From an uncultured Actinomycetes bacterium (GTDB lineage: Bacteria > Actinomycetota > UBA4738 > HRBIN12), in contig CAZXJB010000002.1 of the NCBI GenBank assembly GCA_964640965.1, positions 1-46,210 on the forward strand: a DNA stretch of 46,210 nt. The letters are read 5' to 3'. The position numbers and the translations under genes are program-made. Below, one piece after another: positions 33,471 to 40,941 of the stretch (the first letter of the stretch is position 1; the number at the start of each line of letters is the position of its first letter). The notes under the pieces are model-generated. The model was given only the letters and a program-made list of their open reading frames with translations, did no database searches and had not been told where the DNA came from.

Positions 33471-33500
33471 CTCCCACCTCCTTGTCGCATCGGCGCATCA

Positions 33501-33516
33501 CCGACCTCCGTGTCGG
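33501..33516 (-). promoter_or_regulatory. 5'-leader GGA hairpin, fliC copy 2
   Basis: Repeat copy of 32060-32075. Confidence 0.5.
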
Positions 33517-33524
33517 CAGGTGGC

Positions 33525-33552
33525 CCGTCGGCGGGGGTCGGTGGGGGTTAAG
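33525..33552 (-). promoter_or_regulatory. sigma-28-type promoter candidate, fliC copy 2
   Basis: Repeat copy of 32084-32111. Confidence 0.65.
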
Positions 33553-33572
33553 GGGGGTGAAGGCCGGAGGCG

Positions 33573-33600
33573 CTTCACCGGCGAGGTTCGCGGCCGACCG
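33573..33600 (+). promoter_or_regulatory. sigma-28-type promoter candidate for the HD-GYP gene
   Basis: The plus strand reads CTTCAC-N14-GCCGACCG, ending 10 nt before ATG 33611. The -35-like box lies inside the 1045-bp repeat and the -10-like box lies outside it. Confidence 0.55.
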
Positions 33601-33610
33601 GCAGGAGCGG

Positions 33611-35140
33611 ATGGCCGCGACGGAGGAAGCGCTCGGCACGGCACCGGAGGAGGCCCCCGCAGGGACGGCGCCCTCGGAGCCGACCCAGGACGGCACCGCG
33701 CCGTCGCGGACCGACGCGTCCCGGATCGCCGCGCTGTGGCTGCCCGAGGCCTCGCTCGAGCGGCTGCGCTCGGCCTTCGGGGGCGAGATCGGGCAGGACG
33801 TCGGCGACGTGGATGGGGCCGACGCGGTCGTGATCTCCACCCGGGGTCCGCGCGCCCGCGCCATCCCAATCGCGCGGGAGCTCCGCGCGGCGCGAGCCCC
33901 CGGTGTGGTCGTCTGCCATCCCGGGGGCGAGCACGTCGCCCTGGAACTCGTCCGAGCCGGCGCGACGGCCGTCGTCGCGGAGGGGAACGAAGCCGCCATC
34001 CCGGCCCTCCTCGGCGCCGGCGGCGAGGACGAGCCGCTCCTCATCGCCTTCGAGCAGCGCGGGGGTCTGCAGCGGACGGCGCCGGGGGCGACGCCGGGCA
34101 GCGACGCGGTCACCGGCCTGCCCGCCGACGACGCGTTCCACCAGCGGCTCCGCGAGCTGGGCGAGGCCGGGACGCCCGCCCGGGTGGGTCTCGTCGAGGT
34201 CGTGAACGTGCAGGAAGCGACCGCGGGCCTGGACCCACAGGCCCGCGAGGTCCTGCGCCGCCGCGTCTCCGCGCTGTTCCGCAGCCTGGCTGAGCAGGCG
34301 AGGGCGGAGCTGTTCCTCCTCGGGCCCGCGCGCTACGCGTTCCTCGCCCGCGAGCTGTCCGCGGAGCGGGCGCAAGAGCTCGGCCTCGCCATCATGCAGG
34401 TCGCGCGCTCCTTCGCGCCCGGGGGCACCGTCCCCCTCCGCGCCTGCGTCGGCCACGCCGGCCCCGAGATCGCCCAGGACCTCTCGATGCTCACCAGGCT
34501 CGCCGAGCGGGCCCTGGAGGCGGCGCGCGAGCAAGCGACGGGGGCCGTCGTGAACGCCGAGCACCTGCCGACCTCGACGATGGCCTCCACCGAGCTCGAC
34601 CTCGCCCTCCGCCTGGTCGCCTACCTCGACGAGCACGACGGGTACCCCGGCTCGCACAGCGAGCGGGTCGCCGAGCACGCGGCCGAGCTCGGGCGGCAGC
34701 TCGGCTACGACGGCCGTGACCTGCTGCGGGTGCGCCTCGCCGGCCTGCTCCACGACATCGGCAAGGTCGGGATCCCGCCCGAGGCCGTCCGGGGGCCCGA
34801 CGGTCTCGAGGGGGACACCCTCGAGGCCTACCGCCGGCACGTGGAGCGGGGGGCCCGGTACGCCCGCGCGAGCGCCGGCCCCCTCGTGGCGGAAGCCATC
34901 CGCCATCACCACGAGCGGTGGGACGGGACCGGGTTCCCCGACGGGCTCGCGGGGGAGCAGATCCCCATGCTCGCGCGGATCCTCGCGGTCGCCGACGCCT
35001 ACGACCGGCTCCGCACGACGCCCAGCGAGGACGGGACGGCCACCTCCTCCGCGGAGTGCGTCGAGCGCCTACGTCAGGGGGCGGGCTCGGCGTTCGACCC
35101 GATCGTCGTCGAGGCCGCCGAGCTCGCGTTCCCCCGCTGA
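33611..35140 (+). CDS. HD-GYP domain protein with N-terminal receiver-like and degenerate GGDEF-like regions
   Basis: C-terminal LLHDIGKVGIP...IRHHHERWDGTGFPDGL...LAVADAYD is HD plus HHExxDGxG(Y/F)P. The middle region, DAVTGLPADDAF...LFLLGPARYAFLA, is GGDEF-like with no GG(D/E)EF. ATG 33611 lies in frame in track ORF 33482..35140. Confidence 0.85.
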   Translation: MAATEEALGTAPEEAPAGTAPSEPTQDGTAPSRTDASRIAALWLPEASLERLRSAFGGEIGQDVGDVDGADAVVISTRGPRARAIPIARELRAARAPGVVVCHPGGEHVALELVRAGATAVVAEGNEAAIPALLGAGGEDEPLLIAFEQRGGLQRTAPGATPGSDAVTGLPADDAFHQRLRELGEAGTPARVGLVEVVNVQEATAGLDPQAREVLRRRVSALFRSLAEQARAELFLLGPARYAFLARELSAERAQELGLAIMQVARSFAPGGTVPLRACVGHAGPEIAQDLSMLTRLAERALEAAREQATGAVVNAEHLPTSTMASTELDLALRLVAYLDEHDGYPGSHSERVAEHAAELGRQLGYDGRDLLRVRLAGLLHDIGKVGIPPEAVRGPDGLEGDTLEAYRRHVERGARYARASAGPLVAEAIRHHHERWDGTGFPDGLAGEQIPMLARILAVADAYDRLRTTPSEDGTATSSAECVERLRQGAGSAFDPIVVEAAELAFPR

Positions 35141-35439
35141 TCCGCGATCCCCCGCTGGTCCGCGATCCCCCGCTGATCCGGGGAGCCCACGCTCTCGGTC
35201 TCGGCCGCGACCCCCTCCCCCGCCCTCGACCCGCCGTCCGGGTTGGGGAGCGGGGGCAGGAGCGAGCGCAGGCCGGCCGTGAGCGCCCTCCCGACGACCA
35301 TGCACACGGCGAGCGTGGCGGCGGCCCGCAGGGCCGCGTCCTCGGGCGAGAGGGAGCCGAGCGCGAGCATCAGGCCCACCGGAGCGAGCACCAGGAGGCC
35401 CGCCGTGGCGACGAGCCTGCGGACGGGGGGCGCCGTCAT
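35074..35439 (-). CDS. small 2-TM membrane protein with a DQRGIA-repeat tail, hypothetical
   Basis: The ATG overlaps the flhF-like stop (ATGA). MTAPPVRRLVATAGLLVLAPVGLMLALG...LAVCMVVGRALTAGL. GC3 is high throughout. The 3' 67 nt overlap the convergent HD-GYP gene, so the true stop is uncertain. Confidence 0.45.
   Translation of the reverse strand: MTAPPVRRLVATAGLLVLAPVGLMLALGSLSPEDAALRAAATLAVCMVVGRALTAGLRSLLPPLPNPDGGSRAGEGVAAETESVGSPDQRGIADQRGIADQRGNASSAASTTIGSNAEPAP
35131..35180. repeat. 18-bp tandem repeat, ~2.8 copies (CCCCCGCTG[A/G]TCCGCGAT)
   Basis: Units at 35131-35148 and 35149-35166 (1 mismatch), with a partial third at 35167-35180. The first unit contains the HD-GYP stop codon. On the minus strand it encodes DQRGIA repeats. 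Confidence 0.85.
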
Positions 35440-36419
35440 CGCCGTGCCACCAGGTCGCGGATTGCGAGGGCCACGTCCACCGCGGTGGCCCGCACCACCC
35501 GGGCCCCGACCACCCCGTAGCCGAGGATCGCGCCGTCCTGCGCGCACCAGCGGAGCGCCTCGGCGACGTCCCCCGGCTCCACCCAGGAGACGACCTTCGG
35601 GCGCCACTCGCGCAGGTGCTGCGCCCCCGGCCCGCCGAGGACCGCGTGGACGTACCGGCCGGCCTGCGCCCGAGCGAGCCACGCGAGGTCGGCGCCGCCC
35701 TCGTCCAGGAGCACGCAGACCGTGCCCTCGTTGCGGGGCAGCTCCGGGGATCGGACCAGCGGGAGCTCGAGCGCCCGGGCCAGCCGGTCGGCGTGGGGAC
35801 CGATCACGAGGGCGGGGCCATCCGGCGGCGGAGGACAGTGGCGCGCCACCCAGCCGGCGATCGCCGCCACCCACCCGAGGTCGTCGCGGGGCGCGAGCCG
35901 AACCACCGCCTCGATGAGACCGTACGGCAGCCCGAGCCGCACGAGCTCGTCGGGGCTCCAGGCCACGGTCCCGAGCCCGAAGGGCGCGGAGGGGGCCGGC
36001 CTCGCCCGCTCCGCTCCTTCGGCGGCCGCGCGCCCCGCCTCCCGCGGGGCGGCGGTGGGGCCCACGCCCGTGAGCGCTCCGTCGGCCGTGATCGGAGCGC
36101 CCACCTCGCGTCCGCGATCGCCGTCCAGGGCTGCGGCCAGGGCCTCGGGGAAGGACGCCCGCTCCGCCGCTCCGCGCGCCGCCTCGGCGCTCATCCGCGC
36201 GAGGGCCGCCGCGTCCGCGGCTCGCGCGGCCGTGAGCTGCACCATCTCCCTCGCGAAGAACCCCGCGATGCCGCCGCGGCGGACCCGCTCGGCGCTCAGG
36301 ATCTTCGCGTCCGCGCCGAGGCGCTCCGTGACGACCTCGAGCGCCTCCTCCGCGCTCGGCGCCTCGACGACGAGGAGGTCGCCCTCCGCCGCCTCACGCG
36401 GGTGCGGGTGCCTGGACAT
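35436..36419 (-). CDS. flhF: FlhF-like protein lacking recognisable GTPase motifs
   Basis: N-terminal LLVVEAPSAEEALEVVTERLGADAKILSAERVRRGGIAGFFAREMVQL resembles the FlhF B-domain. The position after flhA fits. Where GxxGxGKT and DTAGR are expected I read LVIGPHADRLARAL and CVLLDEGG. Confidence 0.65.
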   Translation of the reverse strand: MSRHPHPREAAEGDLLVVEAPSAEEALEVVTERLGADAKILSAERVRRGGIAGFFAREMVQLTAARAADAAALARMSAEAARGAAERASFPEALAAALDGDRGREVGAPITADGALTGVGPTAAPREAGRAAAEGAERARPAPSAPFGLGTVAWSPDELVRLGLPYGLIEAVVRLAPRDDLGWVAAIAGWVARHCPPPPDGPALVIGPHADRLARALELPLVRSPELPRNEGTVCVLLDEGGADLAWLARAQAGRYVHAVLGGPGAQHLREWRPKVVSWVEPGDVAEALRWCAQDGAILGYGVVGARVVRATAVDVALAIRDLVARR

Positions 36420-38436
36420 GACCGATCACCCCCTTCGGTACGAGCCGGACCGTGGCCGGCAGCTCCGGATAGGCGAGGACGGGGACCTCGAGCCCCGCCG
36501 CCGCGAGCAGGCGCGCCACCGGGCGCCGGATCGCCTGTCCGACGACGACCGCCACGGGCTCCGTCTGCGGGCGGTCGAGCACCCGACGGACCTCGTCCCG
36601 CAGCCGCTCGGCGAGGGACGGGTCGACGACGACGTGCATCTCCCCGTCCACCTCGCGGAGGCCCTCGTGGAGCGACGCCTCGAGCGCCGCGTCGAGCGTG
36701 ATGACGGCGAGGGCCCCCTCCGGCGCGATCCGCGACACGATCGCGGGACCGAGCACGACGCGGGCGGCGGCGATGAGCTGCTCGACCGACCGGGTCTCCC
36801 GCGCCCGCTGCGAGACGGCCTCGATGATGCGCGCGAGATCCCGGATGGACACCTGCTCGGCGAGCAGGCCGCGCAGCACCGCGTGGAGCAGCGACAGGGG
36901 CAGGTGATCGGTCCCCACCTCGTTCGCGAGCAGCGGCTCGTCGTAGCGGAGCGACTCCACGAGCCCCTGCACGTCCTGTCGCGAGAGCAGGTCCGGCGCG
37001 TGCCGGCGGGCGACCTCGGCGAGGTGTGTGACGATGACCGAGGCCCGGTCCACCACGGTCGCCCCGAGCGTCGCGGCCTCCGCCCTCGCCGCCTCGGGGA
37101 TCCAGACGGCGGGCAGCCCGAAGACCGGCTCGACGGTCTCCTCGCCCCCGAGGGAGCGCAGGGACCGCCCGGCGCCGTCGAAGGGCAGGGCGAGGACCCG
37201 CCCCCGCGGGGCCCGACCCGAGCCGACCTCGACCCCGTGCAGGAGGATCCGGTACGCGCCCTCGGGGAGGGAGACGTCGTCCCGCGTGCGCACGAGCGGC
37301 ATCACGTAGCCGAGCTCGGTCGCGATCTGGCGCCGGAGCGCGCGCACCCGCCGAAGCAGGTCGCCGCCGTTGCCTTCGTCGATGAGGTCGAGGACGTCCG
37401 GGGCGAGGTGCAGCTCGAGCGGGTCCAGACGGATCTCGCTCATCAGCGCCTCCGGGTCGTCCGGTGAGGTCGCGACGGTCGGCGTCGGCGGCTCCTCGCG
37501 CTCCGGGGCCGCGATCTCGGCCCGGCCCGCCGCGAGCAGGAGCAGCGCGCCGAGGCCCAGGAAGGGCAGCTTCGGGAGGCCGGGGAGGAGCGCCATCCCG
37601 AGCACGACGAAGCCCGCGGTGCGCACGGCCTCCCGTCGGCGGAGCAGCTGGGCGCCGAGCTGCTGGGCGAGGTCCTCCTCGCCCCCGACCCGGGTGACGA
37701 TGAGACCCGTGGCGATCGAGATGAGCAGGGCCGGGATCTGAGAGACGAGCCCGTCGCCGACCGTGAGCAGCGAGTACGTCGGGATCGCCTCCTGGAGCGT
37801 CATCCCGTGCATGCCCATCCCGATCGCGAAGCCGCCGATGAGGTTGATGGCCACGATCACGATCCCGGCGACGGCGTCGCCCTTGACGAACTTCGAGGCC
37901 CCGTCCATCGCCCCGTAGAAGTCGGCCTCCCGCGCGATGCGGGCGCGCGCCTCCTTGGCCTGCGCCTGGTCGATGATGCCCGCGGCGAGGTCGGCGTCGA
38001 TCGCCATCTGCCGACCGGGCATGGCGTCCAGGGTGAACCGGGCGGCGACCTCCGCGACGCGCCCGGAGCCGTTCGTGATCACCACGAACTGGATCACGAT
38101 GAGGATGAGGAAGACGACGAGGCCCACGACCACCGACCCGCCCACGACGAACCCCCCGAAGGTCTGCACGACCTTCCCCGCGTAGCCGTGCAGCAGGATG
38201 AGCCGGGTCGTCGTCACGTTCAGCGCGAGGCGGACGAGCGTGGCGATGAGCAGGAGGGAGGGGAAGGCCGAGAAGTCGAGGCTGTCCCGGAGGAACACCA
38301 CGCCGAGGAGGATCACCACGGCCGCAGCGATGTTCACGGCGAGCAGCACGTCGAGCAGCGTCGGCGGCACCGGCACCACCATCATGAGGACGGCCGCGAT
38401 CACGAAGGCCGGGACCGACAGGCGTGGGAGGCGCAC
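36394..38436 (-). CDS. flhA: flagellar export apparatus protein FlhA
   Basis: FPSLLLIATLVRLALNVTTTRLIL, TNGSGRVAEVAARFTLDAMPGRQMAIDADL, FYGAMDGASKFVKGDA, and the C-terminal cytoplasmic domain. Confidence 0.95.
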   Translation of the reverse strand: MRLPRLSVPAFVIAAVLMMVVPVPPTLLDVLLAVNIAAAVVILLGVVFLRDSLDFSAFPSLLLIATLVRLALNVTTTRLILLHGYAGKVVQTFGGFVVGGSVVVGLVVFLILIVIQFVVITNGSGRVAEVAARFTLDAMPGRQMAIDADLAAGIIDQAQAKEARARIAREADFYGAMDGASKFVKGDAVAGIVIVAINLIGGFAIGMGMHGMTLQEAIPTYSLLTVGDGLVSQIPALLISIATGLIVTRVGGEEDLAQQLGAQLLRRREAVRTAGFVVLGMALLPGLPKLPFLGLGALLLLAAGRAEIAAPEREEPPTPTVATSPDDPEALMSEIRLDPLELHLAPDVLDLIDEGNGGDLLRRVRALRRQIATELGYVMPLVRTRDDVSLPEGAYRILLHGVEVGSGRAPRGRVLALPFDGAGRSLRSLGGEETVEPVFGLPAVWIPEAARAEAATLGATVVDRASVIVTHLAEVARRHAPDLLSRQDVQGLVESLRYDEPLLANEVGTDHLPLSLLHAVLRGLLAEQVSIRDLARIIEAVSQRARETRSVEQLIAAARVVLGPAIVSRIAPEGALAVITLDAALEASLHEGLREVDGEMHVVVDPSLAERLRDEVRRVLDRPQTEPVAVVVGQAIRRPVARLLAAAGLEVPVLAYPELPATVRLVPKGVIGHVQAPAPA

Positions 38437-38437
38437 C

Positions 38438-39481
38438 TCACATCACCCCCCGCCGCCGGCGCCGGTAGGCGATCGCGATCACCACGGCGACGGCCTCGTA
38501 CAGGGCGGGCGGCACGAAGCGCCCCACGCGGCACCGGCGGTACAGCTCGCGGGCGAGCGGCGGATCCTCCCGGATCATCACGCCGTGGCGCGCGGCCAGC
38601 CGCCGCAGCTTCAGCGCGAAGCGCCCGGCGCCCTTGGCGACGACCCTCGGCGCCGGCTCACCGGGGGTGTACCGGAGGGCGACCGCGAGGTGCGTGGGGT
38701 TCGTCACGACCACGTCCGCGGTCGTCACCTCCACGAGCATCCGGTTCCGCGACAGCTCCCGGTGACGCCGGCGCCGATGCATCCGCACGAGGGGATCCCC
38801 CTCCATCTCCTTGTGCTCCTGCTTCAGCTCCTGGCGGGTCATGCGCTGGGCCCGCTCGGTGCGCACCCGGGCCACCACGTAGTCGGCCGCGGCGATCAGC
38901 GCCACGAGGAACGCGACCCGCACGAGGATCGTCCAGCCCCGGGCGCCGGCGAGCGCGAGCCACTCGGGGAGGCTCCGCGCGCGGGTCGCCTCGCCCACCA
39001 CGTCGCGGATGGGCGCCCACACGACGGCGACGAGCAGCCCGACCTTCAGCGCCGCGCGCCCCGCCTCCCACCCGAGGTTCGAGGGCCGCAGGCGCTCCAG
39101 CCCCTGACGCGGCGACAAGCGGGAGAGCTTCGGCGTGAGCGCGCCCGGGGCGAGCAGGAACCCGGTCTGGACCACCCCGCCCGCCACCCCGAGGGCGAGG
39201 GCGAGGGCGAGGAACGGCAGGACCGCCCCACCGAGCATGTCGAGGACCACGTCGCGGACGTGCGAGGGTGGCGGCTCGAGCGCCGAGATCCGCAGCAGCT
39301 CCCGCGTGCCGAGCGCGAGCTCGCGGCCGGCCGCCGGGAGCAACGTCCGGGCAGCGATCGCCGCGCCGAGCAGGGAGACCGCCGCCCCCACCTCGGGGCT
39401 GCGTGCGACCCGCCCCTCCCGCCGGGCCCGTCGTTTGGCTCTCGGTGTCGGCTTCTCGGTGCGGCCGTCGAACCGGCCCAC
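38438..39481 (-). CDS. flhB: flagellar export apparatus protein FlhB
   Basis: GRTEKPTPRAKRRARREGRVARSPEV at the N-terminus and the autocleavage motif VVVTNPTHLAVAL. GTG 39481 after GGAGGGA is preferred; the upstream 49 codons of the track ORF have poor GC3. Confidence 0.9.
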   Translation of the reverse strand: MGRFDGRTEKPTPRAKRRARREGRVARSPEVGAAVSLLGAAIAARTLLPAAGRELALGTRELLRISALEPPPSHVRDVVLDMLGGAVLPFLALALALGVAGGVVQTGFLLAPGALTPKLSRLSPRQGLERLRPSNLGWEAGRAALKVGLLVAVVWAPIRDVVGEATRARSLPEWLALAGARGWTILVRVAFLVALIAAADYVVARVRTERAQRMTRQELKQEHKEMEGDPLVRMHRRRRHRELSRNRMLVEVTTADVVVTNPTHLAVALRYTPGEPAPRVVAKGAGRFALKLRRLAARHGVMIREDPPLARELYRRCRVGRFVPPALYEAVAVVIAIAYRRRRRGVM

Positions 39482-39538
39482 GGTCCCTCCCCGCGACCCG
39501 CGCCGATCCGTGGCTCGTCCGCGTCCGTGCCGTGATGC

Positions 39539-39566
39539 CCGTCGGCACGGCGGGCATGCGCTAAAC
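39539..39566 (-). promoter_or_regulatory. sigma-28-type promoter candidate upstream of flhB
   Basis: The minus strand reads GTTTAG-N14-GCCGACGG, 58 nt upstream of GTG 39481. Confidence 0.5.
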
Positions 39567-39691
39567 CGGTCGCGCGGCCCACCGGCCGCGCCACCGGCGA
39601 GCCCCCGCGCCGCCCCCGAACCGGGCAACCACGTGTCCCTGCCGGCCCGGGTGCCACCCGCCCAGCGCTCGGGGGAGACGCGCGGGCTGCC

Positions 39692-39814
39692 TCACCGGAC
39701 CTTCACCTGCTTGCGCGGCCGGGGCGCGAGCGCGAGCTGGCAGTCGCGGCAGAGGTCCTGCCCCACGCCTACCAGGGGCTGCCCGCACCTGGCGCAGAAC
39801 ACGAAGCCGAGCAT
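39692..39814 (-). CDS. 40-aa zinc-ribbon ORF (CxxC-x11-CxxC) between fliR and flhB
   Basis: MLGFVFCARCGQPLVGVGQDLCRDCQLALAPRPRKQVKVR. Strong SD AAGGAGGG lies 5 nt before the ATG. It forms the tail of artefactual track ORF 39692..40645. Confidence 0.5.
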   Translation of the reverse strand: MLGFVFCARCGQPLVGVGQDLCRDCQLALAPRPRKQVKVR

Positions 39815-39867
39815 CTCGCCCTCCTTGGCATCCACGCCGGCCGGATCCCTCCGGCCCTCATCGGGTC

Positions 39868-39895
39868 CCCTCGGCAGGACCCGGCGATCCTCAAG
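39868..39895 (-). promoter_or_regulatory. sigma-28-type promoter candidate upstream of the zinc-ribbon ORF
   Basis: The minus strand reads CTTGAG-N14-GCCGAGGG, starting 9 nt after the fliR stop. Confidence 0.45.
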
Positions 39896-39903
39896 CGGAG
39901 CGG

Positions 39904-40668
39904 TCAGCCTGAGAGCAGGCGCAGGGTGCCGCCGAGGGCCCGGACGGCGGCGTCGAGCGCCTCGCGGGCCGTCCCCGGGAACAGCGCGAGCGCGATCCCG
40001 AGGAGCGCGATCGTGAGCGCGACCTTCACCGAGAGCCCGAGGAGGAAGACGTTCGCCTGGGGAGCCAGCCGCGCGCCGAGGGCGAGCACGAGCTCCGTGA
40101 GCACGAGCGCCCCGAGGACCGGGGCCGCGAGCTCGAGCCCCGCCACCATCAGCGAGGAGACGGAGGCGAGCACGGCGTCCCCGACCCCGGAGGGGAGCGA
40201 GGGAGCCCCCCACAGCGGCAGCGCCTCGGCGCTCCGGGCCAGCCCGGCGAGCAGGAGCCGGTCGCCGCCGAGCGCGAACAGCAGGGCGAGCGCGGTCATC
40301 TGGAACAGCCGACCGAGCACGCCCACCTCGACGCGCGCGAGCGGATCCAGCGTCCGGGCCATCGCGAGGCCCGAGCCCGCGTCGAGGATCTCCCCGGCCA
40401 CCTGGAACAGCCACAGCCCGATCCCCGAGACGAACCCGAGCGCGAGCCCCACGGCGACGTTCGCGCCGGCCCACGTGAGCAGGTGCGGCACCGTGAGGTC
40501 CCCGGTCACCGGCTGGACGAGGAGCAGGGCGCCCGCCAGGGCGAGCAGCACCCGGCCCACCGGGGGCAGGGCCCGGGCGACGAGGGGCGAGGCGGCGGCG
40601 AAGCTGGCGGTGCGGCACAGCGCGAACAGGAACCCCGCCGCCCACGCGGTCTCGAGCTCGAGCCTCAT
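39904..40668 (-). CDS. fliR: flagellar export apparatus protein FliR
   Basis: MRLELETAWAAGFLFALCRTASFAAASP...GLWLFQVAGEILDAGSGLAMA. 254-aa polytopic protein. The ATG overlaps the fliQ stop. Confidence 0.88.
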   Translation of the reverse strand: MRLELETAWAAGFLFALCRTASFAAASPLVARALPPVGRVLLALAGALLLVQPVTGDLTVPHLLTWAGANVAVGLALGFVSGIGLWLFQVAGEILDAGSGLAMARTLDPLARVEVGVLGRLFQMTALALLFALGGDRLLLAGLARSAEALPLWGAPSLPSGVGDAVLASVSSLMVAGLELAAPVLGALVLTELVLALGARLAPQANVFLLGLSVKVALTIALLGIALALFPGTAREALDAAVRALGGTLRLLSG

Positions 40669-40928
40669 CCCGCCGGCAGGTTGCTCCACAGGGCCTGGAC
40701 CCACCCGACGACCTGCCGGATCATCCAGGGCCCGGCCGCGGCGACGACGAGCGCCGCGCCGACGAGCTTCGGCACGAACGTGAGGGTCATCTCCTGCACC
40801 TGCGTGACCGTCTGCAGGAGCGAGACGATCGTCCCGACCGCGAGGCAGACGAGCAGCACCGGCCCGGCGAGCTTCGCCGCCACCACGATCGCCTCCCACA
40901 CGACGTGGATCACCTGCGCGTCGTTCAC
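40665..40928 (-). CDS. fliQ: flagellar export apparatus protein FliQ
   Basis: 87 aa; GPVLLVCLAVGTIVSLLQTVTQVQEMTLTFVPKL. Confidence 0.92.
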   Translation of the reverse strand: MNDAQVIHVVWEAIVVAAKLAGPVLLVCLAVGTIVSLLQTVTQVQEMTLTFVPKLVGAALVVAAAGPWMIRQVVGWVQALWSNLPAG

Positions 40929-40941
40929 GCCACCACCCCTC

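Larger units (their letters stand above)
32545..33589 (-). repeat. 1045-bp direct repeat, copy 2
   Basis: See copy 1. The left junction is 7 nt into fliS (ATGATGG). The right junction is 22 nt before the HD-GYP ATG. Confidence 0.93.

Noticed and set aside
39482-39628. N-terminal extension of FlhB to ATG 39628 (track ORF 38438..39628).
   Set aside because: The extension has a run of A/T-ending codons and a low-complexity Arg/Gly sequence. A GGAGGGA SD precedes GTG 39481, right before the conserved EKPTP motif. A promoter-like motif lies inside the extension.
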